Assembly: GCA_963806225.1 (NCBI GenBank)
Contig: CAWDXG010000004.1
Span: forward strand, 2,496,001 to 2,560,000
DNA from: an uncultured delta proteobacterium
GTDB lineage: Bacteria; Myxococcota_A; Polyangia; Polyangiales; Polyangiaceae
DNA length: 64,000 nucleotides
Reading direction: 5' to 3'
Made by a program: the position numbers and the translations under genes. Position 1 is the stretch's first letter, and the number at the start of each line of letters is the position of its first letter. The notes beneath the pieces were generated by a model that was not told the origin of the DNA, made no database searches, and was given only the letters and a program-made list of their open reading frames with translations. This document shows, piece by piece, positions 19,638-30,413 of this stretch.

Positions 19638-19680
19638 ACGGACGCGACCCGGCGGCGCCCGCGGGTGTATGCTCCGGAGC

Positions 19681-20319
19681 ATGGCAAAGACAGGCGTCTG
19701 GTCGTTCGCCGCTGCGCTTCTCGTGCTCGCGGCCTGCAGCAGCAGCGGGAGCGGCGGCTCGGGAGGACAGAACTGCGCCGACATCTGCCCGGGCGTGCTT
19801 TCAGCGCACTGCTCGCAAGGGCCCGCCAACGAGTCCGACTGCGAGTCCGGTTGCGCGACGCTGCGCGCGAGCGCATGTGCCAGCCAGTACAATGCGCTCC
19901 TCAGCTGCGGCGGCTCCCAGCCCCACTTCACCTGCGACGCGTCGGGCAACGTCACGGTGGCTGGCTGCGAACAGCAGGGCCAGACCCTGTACGCCTGCCT
20001 CTCCGGCAGCGGAGGTTCCGGCGGCACCGGGGCGGGTGGCTCGGGCGGCAGCGGCGGATCGGGCGCCTTCGATTGCGCGAACGCCTGCCCGAAGGTCGTC
20101 GCGGCACAGTGCTCGAACGGCCCAGGCACCGTGGCCGACTGCGAGACCGGCTGCAGCTCGATGGGAAGCGGTAGCTGCTCTGCCCAGTACAACGCGGTGG
20201 TCGCGTGCGTCACCGCCCAGGGCGCCGGGTACCAGATCAGCTGCGACGCCAACGGTGAGCCGATCGTCGCGGGCTGCGAGACCCAGTACGCCCAGCTCTA
20301 CAGCTGCCTCGGCTTCTGA
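19681..20319 (+). CDS. Small Cys-rich lipoprotein with two internal repeats
   Basis: LAAC lipobox; two C..C...C..GP....DC..GC....C..QYNA...C units. Confidence 0.8.
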   Translation: MAKTGVWSFAAALLVLAACSSSGSGGSGGQNCADICPGVLSAHCSQGPANESDCESGCATLRASACASQYNALLSCGGSQPHFTCDASGNVTVAGCEQQGQTLYACLSGSGGSGGTGAGGSGGSGGSGAFDCANACPKVVAAQCSNGPGTVADCETGCSSMGSGSCSAQYNAVVACVTAQGAGYQISCDANGEPIVAGCETQYAQLYSCLGF

Positions 20320-20363
20320 CGCCACAACCGGGCCCGCAGCGCGCGTGCTAGCCTCCGCCGAGC

Positions 20364-20660
20364 GTGCAGCGCCAGCTTCTCCCAACCCTGACGTCAGGGG
20401 AGCGCCAGCGCCGCGCCCTCGGCGGCTATGCGCGGATCGCCATCGCCGCGTCGCTCTGGGGCACCTGGAGCCTGTTCTTCCGCCGGGCCGAGCGTATCCA
20501 GCGCATCGCGCCGGCGCTCGAGGCGTTCATCGTGTTCGCGGTCATCCTGGTCGCGGTCACGCCGGGCGCGTGGCGGGATCGACCGACCCTCCGGCGCCCG
20601 AAGCGGGCCTGGCTCGCCATCGCAGTGCTCGGTGGCGCTGCCAGCGTGATGAGGCGTTGA
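20364..20660 (+). pseudogene. 5' fragment of an EamA/DMT transporter (diverged copy of 29506-30405)
   Basis: GGYARIAIAASLWGTWSLFFR.AER.QRIAPALEAFIVFAVIL nearly identical to the intact gene; similarity ends at about 20635. Confidence 0.85.
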
Positions 20661-20699
20661 GGCGCCGCCCCCGGCACCGGCAGCTGCAGAGGAGCGCCA

Positions 20700-23600
20700 T
20701 CAGTGCGACCCGCTCTTGCCGGCGACCTGGGTGACGACTTCGGACGAAGTGCTGGACGACTGCTCTGCGACTTCGCCGGCGGCGGCGCTCCAGCTGTCGG
20801 ACAGCTGGTCGAGGTAGCGCAGCAGCGAGGAATTGCCGGTGGGCTTGAGCCAGTCGCTGGCCCGTGCGCGGGACACCTCGAAGGCGAGCCCGTCGTTCAT
20901 GCTGCGGGCAATCCGCGCGCGAGCCACGTGCAGGGCACCGGCGAGCGGCGGGATGTCGCGTTCCTCGGCCAGGCGGAGGGCGCGCTCGACAACCTCGACG
21001 GCCTGCTCGAGCTCGCCCGCTTCTGCCAGACACAGCGCCAGCACACGGTGCACCCGGAGCCAGGGCAGCAGGATGCGCCGTCCCGGCTCGTCGCCACGGC
21101 GTAGCACCTCCTCCGCCTGCTCGCGCGCGCGGCCGAGCTCGCCCGCGGCGAACAGGCACTCGGCCAGCGCCGAGCGGACCCACTGCTGCATCAACGCATC
21201 GCGGTCCAGAAGCTCGCTGCACAGCTTGGAAAGCGGCTCGATGCCGCGTTCGGGGCAACCGCGCGCACGCTGGTACTCGGCGCTCGTGATGGCGATACGC
21301 GCCTCGAAGGAGAAGCCCTCGCGGCTCCAGTGCTCGAGCTGGGCGAGGCTGCGCTTGAGGCCGAGCACGTCGTTGCACAGGGCGTAGGCGGGATGGCCGA
21401 AGAGCAGCGCCTGCACGTCCGTGGACCAGGAACCGAGCTCCAGGTTCCGGGTCTCGATGGCTTCTTCCAGCGCCACGGCCTGGGCTTCCTCGCCGCGGTA
21501 GCGGAACTTGACGACGCGCGTCGTGTCGGCAACGAGCTGGTAGTAGCGGAAGCCCGCGGCGTCGAGCCGCGCGAGGTCGTCCTCCAGTCGCGGCTCGAAC
21601 TGGTTCACGTCGACCAGAGCCCTGAGGCCGCGCGTCGCCGTCTCGGCGAAGCGCCGCTGCGTCTCGGTAGCCGGCGTCAGGTGGTCGTTCTGGATGATGT
21701 CGATGCAGGTGGTCAGGCCTTCCTCGGCGTCGCCGAGGTGACCAAGCAGGATCTGGGGGAAGGCGTGCGCCGCCAGGTATGTGGCGTAGGGTACCCGCTT
21801 CTTGAAGATCCCGAGCGGCTCCGACAGCGACACGAGGGCCTCCAGCTCGGACAGACGATTGCGTGCGTTGGCAACAGCGCAGGCGTAGCCCAGTGTGATG
21901 GCGAAGGTCGTCAAGGCTCCCAGGGGATTGGGCCCCCTGGTTCCCGTGAGAAGCCAGCGGAAAAACGCGATCGTCACACCGACCGACAGCGCCAGGTATT
22001 TGCCGACCAGCGGCCGGATCCGCGCAGCCAGCGCGAGGCCGGCGTGCCGGCTGTAGGCGAGCAAGGCGGGCTCCGCGTAGCAAGCTCCCACCCGATGATC
22101 CACGACCCAGCCCGCGGACAGCAGCATCATCTGGATGTGCATCGTGCGCGTCACCGGCGCGCCCACGCGCTTCAACGCCTCGTACGCCGATTCGAGCGGC
22201 GGCAGGCAGTCGGCCAGAGCCTGCGCCTCGTACAGCTCGGTGCCAACCTCCTCCAGAAGCGGCGCGCTCCGCGCGTCGTCACCGGCCGAGTAGAGGTGCA
22301 CGCCCGCCCGGCGCCTGTGTTCGCCACCGGCGTCGAGGAAGTACTCGCCCACGCGCCGGTGCAGGGCGCGCTTCTGCTCGTCGTCGAGCCCGGCGAGGAG
22401 TGCTTCGCGCCAGGCGTCGTGGCGGAACCGGTAGTGCGCGCCGTCACCGACCAGGGTCCCCTGGCGCGAAAGCTCCTCGAGCGCGGCGAACACCTCCGCC
22501 TCGCCGGCATCGGCGAGCGCCACGCACAGCTCCAGCGACAGCTCGCCGCCTACGATTGCGAGTACCTCGGCGATGCGGCGCGTCGCCGGGTCGAGCTGCC
22601 CGAGGCGGGTCTCGATGGTCTGGGCCAGACCGGAAGGCAGGGCCTCGAGCTCCAGCTCGCTTTCGAGGATCCACTGGCCCTCGTCGTAGCGGAGGACGTC
22701 GGTGTCCACCAGGTGGCGCAGAAGCTCGGTGCAGAACAGCGGGCTGCCTCCCGTTCTCTCGTACAGGAACGCCGCGAGGCGCTTCTCGTGCGGCAGCCTA
22801 CCGAAGGTCGACTCAATCAGACGCTCGATCGTTTCCGTGTCGAACCCACGAAGCGCAAGCTGCTGACTGGCGGCTTCCAGCAGCGCCTCCACCGCCGCCG
22901 GAGCGCGCACGCTTTCTCCTCTGCGCCTCGACACCACGATCAACAGCGCCGCCTCGTTGCTCGAGCGAGCCAGCGCGGCGAGCGCAGTGGCCGATGCCTC
23001 GTCGGCACGCTGCATGTCGTCGACGAGGAGTGCGACGGGCACGCTGCGCGACAGCTCGAGGATCACGTCGAGGATCGCCGACAGCACGCGCATGCGCTCC
23101 TCGGCGGGGTCGACCGCCGGGCGGGCTCTTGCCGACCTGCCGGCAAGCGGCAGGACACGGAACAGTTCGTCCGCCCGGGCTTCCATCAGCGGACGGACGA
23201 GTTGTGGCCGGATGGCGATCAGAGCAGACAGGAGGTCGGCCAACACGCCGAACGCGCGGGGCGTGGCCAGCTCCGCCGATGTCGTCGCCACCACGAAGCC
23301 CCCCAGCTGGGCCTCGAGCGCGATTTCCCGCAGGAGCCGTGATTTGCCGGCTCCTGTCTCGGCCTCGATGAAGAGCGTCGCGCCGTGGCCCTGGGCCGCG
23401 GCGCGCGCGAAACGCCGCGCTTGCTCCACTTCCTGCTCTCGCCCGACCAGCGCCGCGGTGTGCAGGTAGCCCCGGGCCTCGTAGCGCGAGATGGTGTCGG
23501 ACAGGGGCGCGATCGCCCCGAGTCGCTCGATGACTTCGGCTGCGCTGGACGGTCGCGCCAGAGGGTCGAGCCGCAGGCACTCGCCGATCAGCTCCTCGAG

Positions 23601-24302
23601 CGCTTCGGGTATGTCGGGACGGGCGGCGGACAGCCGGGGCGGCGCCGTGCGCATCGCGTCGAGCTGCTCCTGGAACGTCCCGCAGGGATACGGAAGCTGG
23701 TGGGTAAGCGCAAAATAGGCCAGCACGCCGAAGCCGAATAGATCCGAGCGGCCATCCAGCGGCAGGCCGTGCAGCGCCTCGGGTGGAACGTAGCCGGGCG
23801 TGCCCGCCAGATCGCCGGCGTAGCCCGCGTCGACGACCACGCCGAAGTCGAACAGCTTGGCGCGACCGTCGCTGGTGCAGCGCACGTTGCGCGGCGCCAC
23901 GTCGCGGTGCACCAGGCCGCGGTTGTGCAGGAACGAGAGCGCCGAGGCCACGTCGGCGAGGATCCGGACGGCGCTCTCGATCGACAGCCCGCGCACGTGA
24001 CGCAGGTCCTCGCCGTCGATAAGCTCCATGGTGTAGAAGGCGCCCTCCGGATCGACGTCGAAGCTGAACACCTCGACAATGCGCGGGTGGCGATGCGACG
24101 TGAGAGTGGCGAACTCGCGCCGGAAACGGAGCTCGCCGCGCGCGTGGCTGTCCGCGGTCTTCTGGCGCTCGAGAAGCTTGAGCGCCACGGTGCGCTTTCC
24201 GCTCGTGTCGTAGGCGCGGTAGACGGAACCCATGCCCCCGCGGCCCAGACGCTGCTCCAGCCGGTAGCGACCGCCGATCAGCTGTTTTCGCCACCTGGCC
24301 AC
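20700..24302 (-). CDS. Ser/Thr protein kinase with AAA/STAND-type ATPase and C-terminal TPR-like region
   Basis: GRGGMG, VALK, HRDVAPRN, DFG, GTPGYVPPE; LVGRE..., TGAGKS, LLVDDMQRAD, TGGSPLF, YRFRHD. Confidence 0.92.
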   Translation of the reverse strand: MARWRKQLIGGRYRLEQRLGRGGMGSVYRAYDTSGKRTVALKLLERQKTADSHARGELRFRREFATLTSHRHPRIVEVFSFDVDPEGAFYTMELIDGEDLRHVRGLSIESAVRILADVASALSFLHNRGLVHRDVAPRNVRCTSDGRAKLFDFGVVVDAGYAGDLAGTPGYVPPEALHGLPLDGRSDLFGFGVLAYFALTHQLPYPCGTFQEQLDAMRTAPPRLSAARPDIPEALEELIGECLRLDPLARPSSAAEVIERLGAIAPLSDTISRYEARGYLHTAALVGREQEVEQARRFARAAAQGHGATLFIEAETGAGKSRLLREIALEAQLGGFVVATTSAELATPRAFGVLADLLSALIAIRPQLVRPLMEARADELFRVLPLAGRSARARPAVDPAEERMRVLSAILDVILELSRSVPVALLVDDMQRADEASATALAALARSSNEAALLIVVSRRRGESVRAPAAVEALLEAASQQLALRGFDTETIERLIESTFGRLPHEKRLAAFLYERTGGSPLFCTELLRHLVDTDVLRYDEGQWILESELELEALPSGLAQTIETRLGQLDPATRRIAEVLAIVGGELSLELCVALADAGEAEVFAALEELSRQGTLVGDGAHYRFRHDAWREALLAGLDDEQKRALHRRVGEYFLDAGGEHRRRAGVHLYSAGDDARSAPLLEEVGTELYEAQALADCLPPLESAYEALKRVGAPVTRTMHIQMMLLSAGWVVDHRVGACYAEPALLAYSRHAGLALAARIRPLVGKYLALSVGVTIAFFRWLLTGTRGPNPLGALTTFAITLGYACAVANARNRLSELEALVSLSEPLGIFKKRVPYATYLAAHAFPQILLGHLGDAEEGLTTCIDIIQNDHLTPATETQRRFAETATRGLRALVDVNQFEPRLEDDLARLDAAGFRYYQLVADTTRVVKFRYRGEEAQAVALEEAIETRNLELGSWSTDVQALLFGHPAYALCNDVLGLKRSLAQLEHWSREGFSFEARIAITSAEYQRARGCPERGIEPLSKLCSELLDRDALMQQWVRSALAECLFAAGELGRAREQAEEVLRRGDEPGRRILLPWLRVHRVLALCLAEAGELEQAVEVVERALRLAEERDIPPLAGALHVARARIARSMNDGLAFEVSRARASDWLKPTGNSSLLRYLDQLSDSWSAAAGEVAEQSSSTSSEVVTQVAGKSGSH

Positions 24303-24340
24303 GAGACAAACCCAGGCTGCAGCATAGTGGAGTCGGCATT

Positions 24341-25390
24341 GTGCCGAAAGCCTGCGTCGTTGCCCCGGAGACCGCGCACGTGACAGAGTCTGCTCTGGTG
24401 TTCCCGATACACGCCTGGGCGGACCGTGCGGCGATGGCGCTGTTGCCGCGGATCAAGCTGTACCGCTTGGGCTTCGGCAACCGCCGTCACCTGGATGACT
24501 GGGTCGGCGAGATCGCTCTGTACGACCGCTCCGTCGAGCTGCCGGACCTCTCGGAGCAGCGCCGTGAAAGACCAGGACGAAGCGGCGCGCTGCGGCTCAG
24601 ACGGCTCCGGTTCGAGTCGCCTGCGGCTCGCCGGCTGCCCCGCGAAAGCAGGAACATGGACGCCGAGCTGCTGCTGCCCGCGCGGGGCGAGGCCGCCGCC
24701 GCCTGCCTGATGCTGGCGGCGACCGGCGAGGAGGGGTTCGCACGACGGCGGCGCTTCGCGGCGCCGCTGGTGAGCGAGGGGATCGCGGTCCTGTCGCTCG
24801 AGAACGCCTTCTACGGCTCGCGCCGTCCCCGGGGCCAGCTCGGCCCCGTGCTGCGCACCGTCGAGGAACAGTTTGCGATGAACCTGTCGACGGTGGACGA
24901 GGCTCGCGCGCTGCTCCTCTGGCTCCGGAGCGAAGGGTTCTCCCGCGTCGGCGTCAGCGGCTACAGCCAGGGCGGGGTGATGGCGGCGTTCGCCGGAGCG
25001 CTGTCCAGTTTCCCCGTGGCGTGCGTACCGCGCGGTGCCGGAGATCGCGCGCAGGTGATCTTCATGGAGTCCGCGCTCAGCCGCTCGGTGAACTGGGCGG
25101 CGCTGGCGCGCGATGCGGGGAGCGACCGCGAAGCGCGGGAGTATTTCCAGCGCTGTCTCGAACCGGTGCGGCTGTCGCGGCACGCGCCTCCTCTGGCACC
25201 CGCCAGCGCCATCATCGTCGGGTCGCGCCACGACGGCTTCGTGCCCGCGACGGAATCCGAAGCGCTGCACGCGCACTGGCCCGGCTCGGAGCTGCGCATG
25301 CTCGAGTCGGGACACGTGACCGCAGCTCTGCTGCAAGCCGACGAGCACCGGCGGGCGATCCGCGACGCGTTTGGGCGGCTCACCCGATAG
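24341..25390 (+). CDS. Alpha/beta hydrolase, ABHD18/DUF2048-like (start uncertain)
   Basis: LAATGEEGFARRR, LENAFYGSRRP, GYSQGG nucleophile elbow, HDGFVP, SGHV. Confidence 0.75.
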   Translation: MPKACVVAPETAHVTESALVFPIHAWADRAAMALLPRIKLYRLGFGNRRHLDDWVGEIALYDRSVELPDLSEQRRERPGRSGALRLRRLRFESPAARRLPRESRNMDAELLLPARGEAAAACLMLAATGEEGFARRRRFAAPLVSEGIAVLSLENAFYGSRRPRGQLGPVLRTVEEQFAMNLSTVDEARALLLWLRSEGFSRVGVSGYSQGGVMAAFAGALSSFPVACVPRGAGDRAQVIFMESALSRSVNWAALARDAGSDREAREYFQRCLEPVRLSRHAPPLAPASAIIVGSRHDGFVPATESEALHAHWPGSELRMLESGHVTAALLQADEHRRAIRDAFGRLTR

Positions 25391-25423
25391 CGGAATTGAA
25401 CGATTCCTTGTTACCCTCCCGGC

Positions 25424-26056
25424 ATGCCCATCGACGATCAGGATCTCGGAATCAGCGAGCGCCGGCTGTGGCGGCTGATCGAGGAACGGACCCGGCCGGA
25501 CGCGGACACCGCCGCCATCGATCGCCGCATCTTCGATCTGTTCGGCGAGCGCTGGGCGATCATGTTCACCGACCTGTCCGGCTTCTCGCGGCGCGTGGAG
25601 GAGTTCGGCATCATGCATTTTCTCCAGATCATCTACGAGCAGCGCAAGCTGCTCCTGCCGATCGTCGAGGCCCACGACGGGCTTCTGCTCAAGAGCGAGG
25701 CGGACAGTTTCCTGCTCTTGTTCCGGCGTCCGGAGCGCGCGCTGGCGTGCGCCATCGCGATGCAGCGCGCGTGCGAACAGATCAATCGTCGCCGCAAGCC
25801 CGAGGAGCAGATCCTGCTCTGCGTGGGCATCGGCCACGGCGACGTGCTGCGCATCGGGGACACCGACGTGTGGGGCCGCGAGGTCAATGCAGCGAGCAAA
25901 CTCGGCGAGGACACGGCCAGGGCCGGGGAGATCCTCGTCTCGTCCGACGCGCGCGACGCGTTGGTCGACTTCCCTGCCGTGGGCTTCAAGGCGCGGGACG
26001 AGGCCGTGGCCGGGACGAAGCAGAGCTTCGAGGTCGACTACACGGGCGCGGCCTGA
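25424..26056 (+). CDS. Stand-alone class III adenylate/guanylate cyclase domain protein
   Basis: IMFTDLSGFS, KSEADSF, VGIGHGDV, DVWGREVNAASKL. Confidence 0.9.
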   Translation: MPIDDQDLGISERRLWRLIEERTRPDADTAAIDRRIFDLFGERWAIMFTDLSGFSRRVEEFGIMHFLQIIYEQRKLLLPIVEAHDGLLLKSEADSFLLLFRRPERALACAIAMQRACEQINRRRKPEEQILLCVGIGHGDVLRIGDTDVWGREVNAASKLGEDTARAGEILVSSDARDALVDFPAVGFKARDEAVAGTKQSFEVDYTGAA

Positions 26057-26075
26057 TCGTCGCGCGCAAGCTCTG

Positions 26076-27407
<1,332 letters not shown>

Positions 27408-27496
27408 GCCGTGAGCCTGGCACGGACGCGCAGCGTACGACCAGCCCCCCGCGAAGCGGGCGGTCGCGATGCCTCCGATCGACGACTAGCCCCGCT

Positions 27497-27988
27497 TCAC
27501 TCGAGCGCGGCCAACGCCTGCGCGAGCTCGGCTTCAGTCTGGGCCGGGCCTCCAACCCATCGCACCACCCCGCGACGGTCGACGACGAACGTCACTGGCA
27601 TCGCGGACACACGGAAACGGCCCGCGAGCACGTTGCCGCGGTCCAGGACGACGGGAAACGTCAGGTGGAACTGCTGGACGAGCCGGGCGGCCGTGGCAAC
27701 CCGCTCGTCTTCCGACACACCGATGAAGGCGAAGTCCGGGTACTTCTCGTGGAGACGCTCGACCACGGGCAACGTGTGTTTGCACGGTGCGCAGTAGTCG
27801 GCGAAGAACTTCACGACGACGGCGCGCCCGCGCAGGCGTGCGGTGGAGATGCGCTGGCCGTCGAGGCTCGGCCGGGCAAAATCAGGAATCGATTTCCCGA
27901 GCAGCGCGCTCGGTGCGGTCGGCGGCAGAGAGGGTCGCGATGCGCAGCCGGACGCCAGCAACAGCGTTGCGAGGAGCAGTCGTCGCAC
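27497..27988 (-). CDS. TlpA-like thiol-disulfide oxidoreductase lipoprotein
   Basis: ASGC lipobox; FFADYCAPC; MPVTFVVDRRG. Confidence 0.88.
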   Translation of the reverse strand: MRRLLLATLLLASGCASRPSLPPTAPSALLGKSIPDFARPSLDGQRISTARLRGRAVVVKFFADYCAPCKHTLPVVERLHEKYPDFAFIGVSEDERVATAARLVQQFHLTFPVVLDRGNVLAGRFRVSAMPVTFVVDRRGVVRWVGGPAQTEAELAQALAALE

Positions 27989-28036
27989 GCGGGCAGTATA
28001 GACGCCCCGCCGGGCGGACCAGAGCTCCAACTGCCG

Positions 28037-29389
28037 CTACCGGACGCTCGCCGTCTGCGCCGCCGGCGACGTGAGCGTCACCTTCGTCTTGCCGGTGAGA
28101 TCGAACGCGACACCGGCGCCGATGAACGCCGCACCACCCCCCAGCGTGATGAGTCCCCACTTCTCGAGGGCGCCGCCGTTGTCCAGATCCTTCTGCGTGT
28201 GGGCGTTGTCGTGAACGACCAGGCCGGTGGTCGCCGTGCTGAGGCCACCCAGTACCGCGAGCGAACCGATAGTGTAGCCGATGGCGGCCAGCGTAGAGAG
28301 CGTGCGGTTGCCGGGGCGCACATCGAGCTTCACGTCGCCCTTTCTGTCGTACAGCTGGAACGACCGCGAGTCGGGGATGTCAGGACCGGCTACGTACAGC
28401 GACTGGCCCACACGCGCGTCGACGTAGCTGTCGCACGGCGGGCGGCACAGGATCGTGCTCATACCCGTGCTGCGGAAGCCCGTACCCTGCGAAACCAGCT
28501 TCTGCACCCCGATGCCCCGGAGCTCCACGCTCGGGTCCGGGCTGTCCATGTGCACGCGCACGATGCCGTCGCCGGGCTGGATCAGCGGCGGCGTCAGGGT
28601 CGTCACGTCGGCGAGCGCGCGGCTTTCGCCGGGCGCTTTCGTGTCGGCCGTACGCTCGAGGCCGTCCAGCGCGGACAGCGGCGTTACCTCCACGCGCAAA
28701 AGCGCGCCGCAGTCTTCCGGCGGCGCGGTGTCGGACGAGCTGGACGAGGCGCAGGCCGTCGCGTCGCCATCGCGGTTCAGCGTCTCGCGCCCCGCGGCGG
28801 TCTTCGCGCCCGCGCCGACCCCGGCAATCCCGAGCCCGCCGCCCGCCTCGCCCTTCGCCCCCGCGTAGAAGTCGAACGCGCCCGCGGTCAGGCCTGTGAC
28901 CACGTGCGTCGCGCCCTGACACAGGCCTTCGAGCTTCATCTTGCCCGGATTCGCCGCGTCGAAGCGCCCGACAACGTGCATGGCGACGACGAGCCGCCCC
29001 TTCTTCTTCAGCGTGCCCTCGAGCTTCGCCGCTCCGACGGGGAGGTTGGCGTACAGCTCGTCCTCGTCGGTAATGACGACCTGCTCGAGCTTGCGTGTGG
29101 TCGGTGTGTAGCGGTAACCGCTGTCCGCCACGTGGCACTGCGGCAGAAGCTGCATCTCGCAGCCCGAGTAGTGAACGACCACGAGCCCATGCTTCGCGTC
29201 CGCCTCGAGCTCCGCGCGGTCCGACGACGGCCACTCGACCACCAGCGGGTGATCGGAGCTCTTGTGGACCGTGCACTTGGACTGCCCCGGCGGGTTGTAG
29301 ACCGGCGGCTGGGCGAGCTGGCGCGCGCCACCGCCGCATCCGGTCAGCAACAAGAGGGCCACGGCTCCCACCGGCATTCGCAAGGACAT
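28037..29389 (-). CDS. Hypothetical myxobacterial lipoprotein with C-terminal TM helices
   Basis: LTGC lipobox; PLVVEW...YSGCEMQLL..C core; LCRPPC domain; two hydrophobic C-terminal segments. Confidence 0.75.
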   Translation of the reverse strand: MSLRMPVGAVALLLLTGCGGGARQLAQPPVYNPPGQSKCTVHKSSDHPLVVEWPSSDRAELEADAKHGLVVVHYSGCEMQLLPQCHVADSGYRYTPTTRKLEQVVITDEDELYANLPVGAAKLEGTLKKKGRLVVAMHVVGRFDAANPGKMKLEGLCQGATHVVTGLTAGAFDFYAGAKGEAGGGLGIAGVGAGAKTAAGRETLNRDGDATACASSSSSDTAPPEDCGALLRVEVTPLSALDGLERTADTKAPGESRALADVTTLTPPLIQPGDGIVRVHMDSPDPSVELRGIGVQKLVSQGTGFRSTGMSTILCRPPCDSYVDARVGQSLYVAGPDIPDSRSFQLYDRKGDVKLDVRPGNRTLSTLAAIGYTIGSLAVLGGLSTATTGLVVHDNAHTQKDLDNGGALEKWGLITLGGGAAFIGAGVAFDLTGKTKVTLTSPAAQTASVR

Positions 29390-29505
29390 CGCGGCCGGAG
29401 TATACGCATCCGGGCGCGGCATGCTTCCCGAACCACACGAAGCTTGTTTCGACCCCTAGACCGCTGGAAACCGTGCCAGGCACCGGTTCTGCTACCTTCG
29501 CCAGC

Positions 29506-30405
29506 GTGCAGCGCCCGCTTCCCATTGTCTCCCCGGTAGGGCGCTCGCGCGAACGCGCCTTCGGCGGCTATGCGCGTATCGCCATCGCCGCCTCGCTGTG
29601 GGGCACGTGGAGCCTGTTCTTCCGCCCGGCGGAGCGGATGCAGCGCATCGCACCGGCACTCGAGGCGTTCATCGTGTTCGCGGTCATCCTGATCGCAGTT
29701 GCGCCCGGGGCCTGGCGCGACCGACCAGCGGCGCGGCGCTCCGGAGGCGCGTGGTTCTTGATCGTCGTGATCGGCGCCGGCGATGCGCTCAATGCGCTGC
29801 TCTTCTTCAAGGCAATGCAGACCACGAGCCTCGCCATCGCCGTCCTGTCGCACTATCTCGCGCCGGTGTTGATCGCCACCGGCGCGCCGTTCGTGCTCGG
29901 CGAGCGGCTGCGCGCCGGGACGGTGCTCGCGCTCGGGGTCGCGCTCGGCGGACTCGTGCTGTTGCTCGACCCCTGGCACGCGGAGACGGGAGGCGCGGCC
30001 GCCGGCGCGGTCCTGGGCGCCGGCAGCGCGGTGTTCTACGCCACGAACATCCTCATCACGAAGCGCATCCAGCACCTGTTCAGCCCGCGCGAGATCCTGG
30101 CCTGGCACATGCCGGTCGCGCTCGTCGTACTGGCGCTGTGCATGCCCGCGGGCGGATTTGCGATCGCGCTCCTGCCGCTGTTGCTCGTCGCAGCAGCGGC
30201 CCTGCTCATCGGCGCCCTCGCCGGCGTGCTGTTCCTGTCCGGGCTGTTTCGCGTCGACGCGAGCCGCGCCGCGGTGCTCACGCTGCTCGAGCCGACCGTC
30301 GCAGTGTTCATCGGCGCCCTGGTGTGGCACGAGCAACTGGGCCTTGTGGGACTGTTCGGCGCTGCGCTCGTGCTGGGCGGCGCGGCGGCTGTGATGAGAA
30401 AGTGA
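29506..30405 (+). CDS. EamA/DMT family transporter
   Basis: About 10 TM segments; AASLWG, HYLAPV, LGERL, LLEP motifs. Confidence 0.9.
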   Translation: MQRPLPIVSPVGRSRERAFGGYARIAIAASLWGTWSLFFRPAERMQRIAPALEAFIVFAVILIAVAPGAWRDRPAARRSGGAWFLIVVIGAGDALNALLFFKAMQTTSLAIAVLSHYLAPVLIATGAPFVLGERLRAGTVLALGVALGGLVLLLDPWHAETGGAAAGAVLGAGSAVFYATNILITKRIQHLFSPREILAWHMPVALVVLALCMPAGGFAIALLPLLLVAAAALLIGALAGVLFLSGLFRVDASRAAVLTLLEPTVAVFIGALVWHEQLGLVGLFGAALVLGGAAAVMRK

Positions 30406-30413
30406 CGGCGCTG

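Noticed and set aside
27418..27433. TGGCACG as a sigma-54 promoter
   Set aside because: GG-N10-GC spacing is not met and there is no downstream + strand gene
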